Positions 1-7,660 of a stretch of DNA of 64,000 nt are shown piece after piece (the first letter of the stretch is position 1; each line of letters starts with the position of its first letter). Made by a program: the position numbers and the translations under genes. Source of the stretch: Pyrinomonadaceae bacterium (GTDB taxonomy: Bacteria > Acidobacteriota > Blastocatellia > Pyrinomonadales > Pyrinomonadaceae). The notes beneath the pieces are model-generated. The model made no database searches. It saw only the letters and a program-made list of their open reading frames with translations, and was not told the origin of the DNA. The stretch lies in assembly GCA_046313635.1 (NCBI GenBank), contig JBKBYA010000001.1, positions 160,001-224,000 of the forward strand, in the 5' to 3' direction.

Positions 1-2
1 GA

Positions 3-446
3 TTTCAATATTCGAAGGTGCGCGATTATGCCGTCCACGCGCGTGCGGCGATCAAGGAGATGCACCGGCAGATGGGCGACTCGCTCGTCTTCGGCGACGA
101 CGGCCTGCTCAAACGCGGACTGCTCATTCGCCTGCTCGTTTTGCCGAACGACATCGCCGAGATCGAAACTAATCTACGCTGGATCCGCGACGAGCTCTCG
201 CCCAAAACCGCCATCTCGCTGATGGCCCAGTACTACGCCACCAACACGGCCGCGACAGACGAACGCTACATTCTCCTGTCGCGCCGCATCTCAGAGGGCG
301 AATGGTTCGAAGCCGTCTCTTTGCTCGAAGAGCTCGGGATGGAAGAAGGCTTTATGCAGGAGTACGAGTCGGCCTCGCATTACTACCGGCCGGATTTTAC
401 GGACAAGGAGAAGCCGTTCAAGGACATTAGGGACTTTCAAAATTGA
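3..446 (+). CDS. Radical SAM protein, PflX-like (C-terminal part; gene begins before the window)
   Basis: Frame is open from the window edge. AIKEMHRQMG, GLLIRLLVLPND and ISLMAQYY match the C-terminal half of PflX-like radical SAM proteins. Confidence 0.7.
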   Translation, partial: FQYSKVRDYAVHARAAIKEMHRQMGDSLVFGDDGLLKRGLLIRLLVLPNDIAEIETNLRWIRDELSPKTAISLMAQYYATNTAATDERYILLSRRISEGEWFEAVSLLEELGMEEGFMQEYESASHYYRPDFTDKEKPFKDIRDFQN

Positions 447-449
447 ATC

Positions 450-545
450 TTTCTCTGCGTCCGTTGCGGCTCACTTTGCGTTCTTTGCGTTTAGAAGAGT
501 GTCAACCGCAAAGGCCGCAAAGGATCACGCAAAGGACGCAAAAGA
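450..545. repeat. Inverted repeat element, CTTTGCG/CGCAAAG family
   Basis: Tandem CTTTGCG-like units face tandem CGCAAAG units across a short spacer. Confidence 0.8.
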
Positions 546-556
546 GGAGAAGAACG

Positions 557-1024
557 ATGAATATCGGCGACGCCGCACCTGACTTCACATTGCGAGATGG
601 CGATGGACGCGATTGGTCGCTCGGCGATCATCGCGGCAAGACGGTCGTTCTGCTTTTTTATCCTGGCGACAACACGCCGGTCTGTACAGCGCAGCTTTGT
701 TCGGTGCGGGACCATTGGTCGGAGTATCAGGCGACCGGAGCCGAGGTCGTCGGGATATCGACCGACACGGTCGAGTCGCACAAGGGCTTTGCCGCAAAGC
801 ACCAGCTTCCGCTGCGCCTGTTGTCGGACCCGAACGGCGAGGTTTCGGCAAAGTACGGGATGAAGTCGTGGCTGCCCGGCCGCTCGGCCCGCGGCGTTGT
901 GGTGATCGACGGCGACGGCAAGGTCGCTTACAGCAAAGTGCAGCCGCTCAGCCTGTTTCGTCCCAAGGACAACGACGTGCTCGACGCGATCAAACAAGCC
1001 CAAAGGCAGAAACACGAGCGGTAG
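557..1024 (+). CDS. bcp: Peroxiredoxin, BCP/PrxQ type
   Basis: GDAAPDFTL, FYPGDNTPVCTAQLC (PxxxTxxC plus CxxxxC). RBS GAGGAG precedes ATG 557. Confidence 0.85.
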   Translation: MNIGDAAPDFTLRDGDGRDWSLGDHRGKTVVLLFYPGDNTPVCTAQLCSVRDHWSEYQATGAEVVGISTDTVESHKGFAAKHQLPLRLLSDPNGEVSAKYGMKSWLPGRSARGVVVIDGDGKVAYSKVQPLSLFRPKDNDVLDAIKQAQRQKHER

Positions 1025-1040
1025 CGAGTGTGTCCGCCGA

Positions 1041-1120
1041 GAAGTCAGAATTCAGAAGTCAGAAATCAGACGCCAGAGCCGGCAGCTCGTATGCTGACGT
1101 CCGACCTCTGAATTCTCCGA
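1041..1120. repeat. 7-mer (GAAGTCA-type) tandem/inverted repeat
   Basis: gaagtca-gaattca-gaagtca-gaaatca followed by complementary tctgaattctccga. Confidence 0.6.
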
Positions 1121-1178
1121 CCCGCACACTCTCCGCGGACCGTGCTTCTGTCGGCGGTGAATTTGATAACATTAAACT

Positions 1179-1475
1179 ATGGCTTTATTCGGTGGAGATA
1201 AATTCAAATGCGCCCGCTGCGGGCAGAAGGGCGAGGCTCTCGGCTACGCGCCGATCCCGACCGAGCTCGGGCAAAAGATCGGCAGCGAGATCTGCAAGGA
1301 CTGCTGGGCCGAGTGGCAGACAAAGCAGAAGCAGCTGATCAACCACTTCGGCCTCGACGTTTCGAATCCCGATTCGCACCAGTTCCTCTTTGACCAGATG
1401 AAGATCTTTTTCTTCAACGAGGGCGTCGACCTCGCGCAGATCGACACGTCGAAGGAAGGGTCGGTCAACTGGTGA
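1179..1475 (+). CDS. Fe(II)-trafficking / oxidative damage protection protein (YggX family)
   Basis: PIPTELGQKIGSEICKDCWAEW...QKQLINHFGL...FLFDQMKIFFF matches the YggX signature. Confidence 0.8.
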   Translation: MALFGGDKFKCARCGQKGEALGYAPIPTELGQKIGSEICKDCWAEWQTKQKQLINHFGLDVSNPDSHQFLFDQMKIFFFNEGVDLAQIDTSKEGSVNW

Positions 1476-1482
1476 GCGGTCA

Positions 1483-1556
1483 GTTCGGAGTTCAGGGTTC
1501 GGAGTTCAGGGTTCAGGGTTCGGAGTTCAGGGTTCAGGGTTCGGAATTCAGGGTTG
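1483..1556. repeat. 7-mer tandem array (GTTCAGG/GTTCGGA), about 10 units
   Basis: Read directly from the sequence. Confidence 0.9.
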
Positions 1557-1611
1557 AAGTACTAGACCTTCGTGCTCAAATCTTGAGATCGTAGGTCTCG
1601 AGAGCCGCTTG

Positions 1612-2307
1612 ATGATGTTGGAGACAGGCGTCGAATACATCAACGAGATCTTTGACGCCGACATCGTCAGCCCCCGACAGCTCGACCTGCTGCTCGCCGA
1701 CGGCTGGCGGCACTTCGGCACGCACTTCTTCAGATACAGCTTTGCGTTTTACGACCTCGATATCCGGCGCGTGATACCGCTGAGGATCAGGCTATCTGAC
1801 TTTAGCCTCTCAAAAAGCCAGCGCCGCGTGCTGCGCAAAAATTCAGACCTGCACACAGAGATCGGCCCGATCACGATAACACCCGAATCCGAACTTCTCT
1901 TTGACCGGCACAAGCGCCGCTTTAGCCAGGGCGTGCCCGACTCGATCTACGACTTTTTGTCGCGCGAACCGGCGCGGGTACCGTGCGAAGCGCGCCAGGT
2001 CGCGGTCTATGACGATCAAGACGAGCTCGTCGCCGTCAGCTACTTCGATCTCGGCGCGGTGTCGGCGTCCGGTATCTACGCGATGTTTGCGCCCGAGGCG
2101 TCGGCGCGAGGTCTCGGGATCTTTACGATGCTCAAAGAGATCGAATTCGCCATCGCGACCGGCAGAGAGTTTTACTATCAGGGCTACTCGTACGAGGGCT
2201 CGTCGTTCTACGACTACAAGAAGCGCTTTGCGGGGACCGAAAGCTTCGACTGGCAGGGCAATTGGTCGAGCTTTGAGCATAACGACGCGGACGGACAAGC
2301 GCGGTGA
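1612..2307 (+). CDS. Arginyl/leucyl-tRNA--protein transferase (ATE1/Bpt family)
   Basis: LLADGWRHFG, PLRIRLSDFSLSKSQRRVLRKN, GLGIFTMLKEI, YYQGY...YKKRF. Start is uncertain by 1-2 codons. Confidence 0.8.
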   Translation: MMLETGVEYINEIFDADIVSPRQLDLLLADGWRHFGTHFFRYSFAFYDLDIRRVIPLRIRLSDFSLSKSQRRVLRKNSDLHTEIGPITITPESELLFDRHKRRFSQGVPDSIYDFLSREPARVPCEARQVAVYDDQDELVAVSYFDLGAVSASGIYAMFAPEASARGLGIFTMLKEIEFAIATGREFYYQGYSYEGSSFYDYKKRFAGTESFDWQGNWSSFEHNDADGQAR

Positions 2308-2343
2308 ACGACCTCACTTGTCCGCCCGCCGATGCCTGCGAGA

Positions 2344-2904
2344 TCAACTTGCGAGACGGTTGTTTTCTAAATGCGCCCTCGACGCCGCGATGTGCGCGTC
2401 GAATGCTCCGGCAAAAGCCTGCCGCATAAATTCCGGCTGGGTTATCTCGATGTAGCGCGCCGTCTGCTCGGGCGTCATCACCTCGAGCATGAAGTTGTTC
2501 TCGATCCAGACTTCGACTAATTGAAACAGTCCCTCACCGCGATTGCACACGAGTACTCGCCAGCCTTCACGCTTTGCGATCTCGCGGATCTCGTCGATGC
2601 TCTTTCGCGTGTTGATATTGAGATGCGTAGCGACGTACTGCGGGGCCGAACCTGCCTGCACGAATTTGGCCTCGTAGACCTCGGTCGCGGCGTCGAGATC
2701 GTCGTCGTCCGGCAGACCTTCGCCGGGAACGATCACCGTGCCGGCGGGCGTCACCTCGACCGCGCTTCCGCGGCCGTCGTTGGCAAGCACAAAGTACGAA
2801 TTCGGCGCCGGCGGAAAGGGAAACACCTCGCCGTCCCAGATCTCCGCGAGCACATCGGCAACACGCTTGGGGTCGTTAACTGCTATGGAAATATGATTGA
2901 TCAT
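2344..2904 (-). CDS. Hypothetical protein, probable VOC/glyoxalase-like fold
   Basis: MINHISIAVNDPKRVADVLAEI, ATHLNI and LVEVWIENNFMLEV. RBS AAGGAGG upstream of ATG 2904. Confidence 0.6.
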   Translation of the reverse strand: MINHISIAVNDPKRVADVLAEIWDGEVFPFPPAPNSYFVLANDGRGSAVEVTPAGTVIVPGEGLPDDDDLDAATEVYEAKFVQAGSAPQYVATHLNINTRKSIDEIREIAKREGWRVLVCNRGEGLFQLVEVWIENNFMLEVMTPEQTARYIEITQPEFMRQAFAGAFDAHIAASRAHLENNRLAS

Positions 2905-2994
2905 TGCAACAAAAAGCCTCCTTATAAGTTCGGGAGCGATGAGGCTCCGCATGAACAAACGCGAAGGACTCTTGTCGAAAAGATCAACTGCTTC

Positions 2995-4371
2995 TCAGAG
3001 CGATCGGCACCATTCAATGTATTTGGCAGCGTTAAATTTCTTCCCAGTGCTCCCGCTCGTCATATAGCGCATCTTTCCGAAAACCGGCCGCTCCATCCAC
3101 GGCCGGTCGTGCTTGCCAAAGCACCATAGAATTCCGGCGTACGAATTGGGATCGCGGCCGTCGAGGCAATACTTGTTGTTGAGATGCACGAGCGTCTCAA
3201 AGGCGATCTCGTACGTCGGCGACCACGCGATAACATTCTTGCCCCAAAGCATCCGAACGTAATTGTGCATCTCGCCTGTCGCGACCATCTCGCGCTGGGC
3301 GGCGTTCCAAAGTTCGTCGTGCGTTGCGCCGGCCTCAAGCTCCTCGAGCGAGTAGACGAATTGCCGGTCATCGTCGACATGCTCGCGCATCGTCGCCTGC
3401 GCCCACGCCGGCAGTGAGCCGAGCGAATCGTAATTCTGGTTTCGATACGTGAAGTTGAACGACAGCTCGCGCCGCACGATCAGCTCCTCGAGATACGCGT
3501 CCTTTGCGCTCTGCGGGGCATCTGCGTCATCAACTGCCAGCGCGATCTCGAGCGGCGACAGAAAGCCGAAGTGAAGATACGCCGACAGGCGCGACGAGCC
3601 GTCGAGTTCAGGCTTGTTTCGCGTGGTTTCGTAGTGCGGCAGTATCTCGTCGACAAACTTCTTGAGCCGCGCGCGCCCGCTCGCCGTGCCGCCGTGATAG
3701 ATCGGCGACGGCCCGACGGAATGATCGATGTCGCAGCCGGCGACAAGCTCTGCGATGTTGCCCGCATCGACGATCGTTTCGGGACAATCGACGTCGAGGC
3801 CGCGGCCGTCCGTTTCTACAAACTCCTCAGCAAAAGGCTTCAGATAATCCGGCAGCAGCTTTTTGATCTTCGGCCTGATCGTGTATGCGCCGTACTCTTC
3901 CTTTTCAAATTTGTGTATCGGCACGACACCGTTCGAGTCGACGGCGTAGACCGGTATCGACACCCGTCCGGCTATCCGCCGATTGTGCTCGGGGATGATA
4001 AAGCACGGGTAGTCGTCGGTCACGATGCACGCCGCATCTTGCGCTAGACGAGCGACGGTCTGCCTCGGCGAGTCTTCGTTCTGCTGCAGGTAAAAAACGT
4101 ATCGGATGCCGAGCCGCTCAAGCTCGCGCCGCTTTTCTTCGACGCCATCGAGAATGAACGTGTGCAGCCGGTCGCTTGCCCACGGGTAGTAATACTTGAG
4201 TCCCTCGTAAACGACGAGCGGCAGCTTCATCTCGTTCGCCTTGCGGATCGCAAAGACAAGCGCGTGATTGTGCGACGTGCGCTTGTACATCTGCATCCAG
4301 TAGAGGACGTAGCGTGCACGCTTGTTTGTCTCGGAGTCGTTGAGGCGAACGACCCTCTCGTTGATGCGCAT
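2995..4371 (-). CDS. phrB: Deoxyribodipyrimidine photolyase, class II CPD
   Basis: VLYWMQ, SRLSAYLHFG, EELIVRRELS, THDELWNAAQ, MHNYVRMLWGK, LDGRDPNSY. Confidence 0.92.
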   Translation of the reverse strand: MRINERVVRLNDSETNKRARYVLYWMQMYKRTSHNHALVFAIRKANEMKLPLVVYEGLKYYYPWASDRLHTFILDGVEEKRRELERLGIRYVFYLQQNEDSPRQTVARLAQDAACIVTDDYPCFIIPEHNRRIAGRVSIPVYAVDSNGVVPIHKFEKEEYGAYTIRPKIKKLLPDYLKPFAEEFVETDGRGLDVDCPETIVDAGNIAELVAGCDIDHSVGPSPIYHGGTASGRARLKKFVDEILPHYETTRNKPELDGSSRLSAYLHFGFLSPLEIALAVDDADAPQSAKDAYLEELIVRRELSFNFTYRNQNYDSLGSLPAWAQATMREHVDDDRQFVYSLEELEAGATHDELWNAAQREMVATGEMHNYVRMLWGKNVIAWSPTYEIAFETLVHLNNKYCLDGRDPNSYAGILWCFGKHDRPWMERPVFGKMRYMTSGSTGKKFNAAKYIEWCRSL

Positions 4372-4493
4372 TGCGGTTATTATAGGGATGGAATTGCCAA
4401 AGAGAGCACCGAGCGCACGGAGACATAAGTAGAGGTGTCCGAGGCGATTCGCATGGTGAGGTCCCGGTTCATATGCAAATTAATTTCGTAAAA

Positions 4494-4790
4494 ATGCGTT
4501 TCTTGGTTTCGCTTCTGCTTTCCCTCTGTGCTCTCTGTGGTTCAACCATCGCACAGGATTACAAACAGGTCGGCGACGGCGTCGGAATTACCACAGAGAT
4601 CACTGAGCACACGGAGATAAATCTCGAAGTATGAATCAGAGCAGCCAACTCAGGTCAACAACCCCACACTTGTCGTCCTTTGTCAGAATGCGTTTTCCAG
4701 TTTCGCTATTACTTTCCCTCTGTGCTCTCTGTGCTCTCTGTGGTTCGACCCTCGCACAGGATTACAAGCAGGTCGGCGACGGCGTCGAGT
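4494..4790 (+). repeat. Direct duplication of about 95 bp of the 5' end of the downstream gene (4494-4585 vs 4688-4788), interleaved with CACAGAG/CTCTGTG repeat arms
   Basis: MRFLVSLLLSLCALCGSTIAQDYKQVGDGV vs MRFPVSLLLSLCALCALCGSTLAQDYKQVGDGV. Confidence 0.85.
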
Positions 4791-5899
4791 ATGCCGAGCT
4801 GACGCGCACGATCGACGGCCTGCCCCTGCGGATGAACCTGCTTAAACTCGATCTCGAAAAGGTCCGTCTCGACGTCGTCCATGCCAACGACCGCGCGATC
4901 GGCACCGAGACGACCTCGTCGATCGCAAAGCGTCACAACGCGTTCGCCGCGATCAATGCAGGATTTTTTCGTTTGGACAAAAGCGAATTCGCCGGCGACC
5001 CCGCGGGCGTGTTGATGATCGACGGCAAGCTCGTCAGCGAGAGCTTTAACGATCGGACCGCGATGATCGTCGGGTATCTTAAGCGGTCGATGTACGTGAC
5101 GTTCGGTCGCGTCAACGCGTACACCAGCATTCTGTTTGGCAGCAGGGATCGCTTTGACAGTTTTAATTTGTCAGGCACCAATAGAGAGCGAAAGCGCGAC
5201 GAAGCAGTTATCTACAGCCCGTTCTTTGGACCGAGTACGCTGACCAAAGATAAAGGCATTGAGATCCTGCTCGGTCGCTGCCGGACCGGAAAGTTGATCG
5301 GGAGCTTTCCGAATATCAAATGCAAAAAGATCGAGGTGCGAAACGACTCTGCTAATTCGCCGATACCGGCGGACGGCTATGTTATTTCTTTCGGCCCGGA
5401 CTTCTTCAGCGGCGGCGATCCGATGCGTGCAAAGTTCCGCGATGTGATCAGGCAGCCGGACCGAAAACTGCAGATCCAAATTCGAGATCAGGTCTCGCTG
5501 GACGGCGGCCAGTACACGACTGACGAGCGATCCGACATCACCAACGGCATCCCGAGGTTGATACGCGGCGGCAAGATCGACATCACTTGGAAAGAAGAAA
5601 AGACGTCGAGATCATTTGTTGAAACTCGCCATCCGCGCACCGCCGTCGCAAAACTCAGGGACGGCAAATTCCTGATGATCACCGTCGACGGCCGCAGCGA
5701 GTCGAGCGGCGGTATCGGATTGCAGCAGCTCGCCGAGTTTCTGCTCGAGATGGGCGCGACCGACGCGATCAATCTCGACGGCGGAGGTTCGACAACGATG
5801 TACCTCAACGGCAAGGTGGTCAATCGCCCTTCGGACAAAGAGGGCGAGCGCAACGTCGGCGACGCAATCATCGTCACGCTGAGACGCGGCAGAAACTAG
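4688..5899 (+). CDS. Secreted phosphodiester glycosidase (NAGPA family)
   Basis: AAINAGFF, RHPRTAVA, TVDGR and AINLDGGGSTTM motifs; N-terminal signal peptide. Confidence 0.88.
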   Translation: MRFPVSLLLSLCALCALCGSTLAQDYKQVGDGVEYAELTRTIDGLPLRMNLLKLDLEKVRLDVVHANDRAIGTETTSSIAKRHNAFAAINAGFFRLDKSEFAGDPAGVLMIDGKLVSESFNDRTAMIVGYLKRSMYVTFGRVNAYTSILFGSRDRFDSFNLSGTNRERKRDEAVIYSPFFGPSTLTKDKGIEILLGRCRTGKLIGSFPNIKCKKIEVRNDSANSPIPADGYVISFGPDFFSGGDPMRAKFRDVIRQPDRKLQIQIRDQVSLDGGQYTTDERSDITNGIPRLIRGGKIDITWKEEKTSRSFVETRHPRTAVAKLRDGKFLMITVDGRSESSGGIGLQQLAEFLLEMGATDAINLDGGGSTTMYLNGKVVNRPSDKEGERNVGDAIIVTLRRGRN

Positions 5900-6061
5900 G
5901 AGCGCGGCTCGACGCGCGGTCTCTGCAAGGACCCGTCAACGCTGCGGAGCCGCGCATTATGTCTGACAATGTACAGAACAAAACCGCGCGTTACATTAAT
6001 TGTAGTGTGTGTTGATCTGTTTCGAACACAAGTTACTTATCGAACATTCGGGAGGAAAACA

Positions 6062-6946
6062 ATGGCAGGTAGATCTTCAGGTTCTCGTAAGCGATCCTCG
6101 TCAGGGTCGGGCGGAGAAAAATCAGGCAGCAGCGGCGGCGACTCGCTCCTCAGCACGGTCGTCGAAAAGGTGACCGAGGTCGCGACAGAGCTCCTTGGCG
6201 GAGCCGCGAGCGGAGCGGTCGTCGGCGCGGCATCGACAGCGGTCGAGATGGCGACCGAGGGAACGACCACCCCAAGCGGCGGCGACGGCGGCACGGGCGG
6301 TTCGACACAGAGCTCCGGCAGCGGCTCGAGCAGCAGCGGGTCGAAAAAGTCGGCCGGCGGCGCGAGCAGATCGTCAGGCGGCGCACGCAAGTCTGCGGGC
6401 GGAGCAAGTAGATCGTCCGCGTCAAAATCGTCGGCCGGCAAAAAGAGCGCGGGCTCATCGAGGTCGGCGTCAGGCGGTGCGGGCAAGAAGAGCTCAGGAT
6501 CGGCGAAGTCGTCCGGCTCATCGATAAAGAGGTCGTCGGCCGGATCGTCAGCCAAATCATCCGGCGGACGCAGAGGTGGATCAAAGTCGAGCGGCAGCGC
6601 AGGTTCGGGCTCGTCGCGCGGCGGCAGCAGCAAGAGGTCGGCGTCGTCAACAAAGAGCTCGTCCTCGCGCGGCGGAGCTTCGAAGTCGTCGTCGCGTTCG
6701 GCATCTAAGACAACGGGCCGAGGTTCTTCAAAGTCGTCACGTTCGACAAAGAACGCGGCGAGCAAGTCGTCGTCGTCGAACGCACGCTCGGGCTCGTCGG
6801 CGAAGAAGTCTTCGCCGAGCAAGTCGTCTGCAAAGTCGAGTGCCGGTGCAAAGAGCTCGGGCGCAAAGTCATCACGCGGCGGCGCAAAGTCGGGTCGCGG
6901 AGGCTCGTCATCAACCAAACGCGGCGGCTCGTCACGCTCGCGTTGA
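6062..6946 (+). CDS. Ser/Gly/Lys/Arg-rich low-complexity basic protein
   Basis: RBS GGAGG, genome-typical codon use, hairpin terminator immediately downstream. Confidence 0.7.
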   Translation: MAGRSSGSRKRSSSGSGGEKSGSSGGDSLLSTVVEKVTEVATELLGGAASGAVVGAASTAVEMATEGTTTPSGGDGGTGGSTQSSGSGSSSSGSKKSAGGASRSSGGARKSAGGASRSSASKSSAGKKSAGSSRSASGGAGKKSSGSAKSSGSSIKRSSAGSSAKSSGGRRGGSKSSGSAGSGSSRGGSSKRSASSTKSSSSRGGASKSSSRSASKTTGRGSSKSSRSTKNAASKSSSSNARSGSSAKKSSPSKSSAKSSAGAKSSGAKSSRGGAKSGRGGSSSTKRGGSSRSR

Positions 6947-6978
6947 GACGCCGCAGCATTACCTCGCAGCACAAAAAC

Positions 6979-7012
6979 AAAAGTCGATGCGTTTGCCGCA
7001 TCGACTTTTTTT
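6979..7012 (+). terminator. Intrinsic terminator
   Basis: AAAAGTCGATGCG-tttgc-CGCATCGACTTTTTT. Confidence 0.8.
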
Positions 7013-7298
7013 GTTCACACGCGCAAAATTGCGCAGAAAAATTTTTGCGCCTCTCAACGACATCAAAAACGAAACCGCGCGGACGCGCAGATCACGACAA
7101 CGCTGAAGCATCGATTTTCATTGATCGAAAATGAATTCATAAAAACACCACGTCGCGCGCGATGCTCGATCGCGCAGCGCATCGCGCAAAATTCGAGTGA
7201 ATGAATTTGCCTTTTTCTTGTAACAATTTTTTTTGATTTCATGTTAAAGTACGTCTCGGTAGTTTTTACAAACACCACAATATCTTTGGAGGATCCTG

Positions 7299-7571
7299 AT
7301 GCCAGCAACAACATCTACGAAGAAATCAGCTTCGTCAAAATCGGGTGGTGCTAAGAAAGCAGCACCGAAGAAGGCCGCCGCGAAATCGAACGGCGCCAAG
7401 AAGGCCGCGCCGAAAAAGGCCGCTGCCAAGAAGGCTGCGCCGAAGAAGGCTGCTGCCAAGAAGGCTGCACCGAAGAAGGCCGCTGCTAAGAAGGCCGCGC
7501 CGAAAAAGGCCGCTGCCAAGAAGGCCGCGCCGAAAAAGGCCGCAGCGAAAAAATCCGGCGGTAAGAAATAG
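7299..7571 (+). CDS. Histone H1-like Lys/Ala/Pro repeat protein (KKAAPKKAAA repeats)
   Basis: RBS GGAGG; about six KKAAPKKAAA units with synonymous variation between units; followed by a terminator. Confidence 0.85.
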   Translation: MPATTSTKKSASSKSGGAKKAAPKKAAAKSNGAKKAAPKKAAAKKAAPKKAAAKKAAPKKAAAKKAAPKKAAAKKAAPKKAAAKKSGGKK

Positions 7572-7604
7572 TCACAGGGTTTGATCGCGCACAGATCAAA
7601 CGAC

Positions 7605-7636
7605 AAGGCCCGACGATCCGATCGTCGGGCCTTTTT
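7605..7636. terminator. Intrinsic terminator between the histone-like gene and clpA
   Basis: AAGGCCCGACGAT-ccg-ATCGTCGGGCCTTTTT. Confidence 0.85.
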
Positions 7637-7660
7637 CATTTCTTGTGCGCGGCGTGTCGC

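Noticed and set aside
443..556. N-terminal extensions such as MNLSLRPLRLTLRSLR, MNALRLCGK and MPLCVFAG on several ORFs
   Set aside because: These are translations of the CTTTGCG repeat family upstream of the true starts.
1483..1556. Short repeat arrays as CRISPR
   Set aside because: Contiguous 7-mers with no unique spacers and no cas genes.
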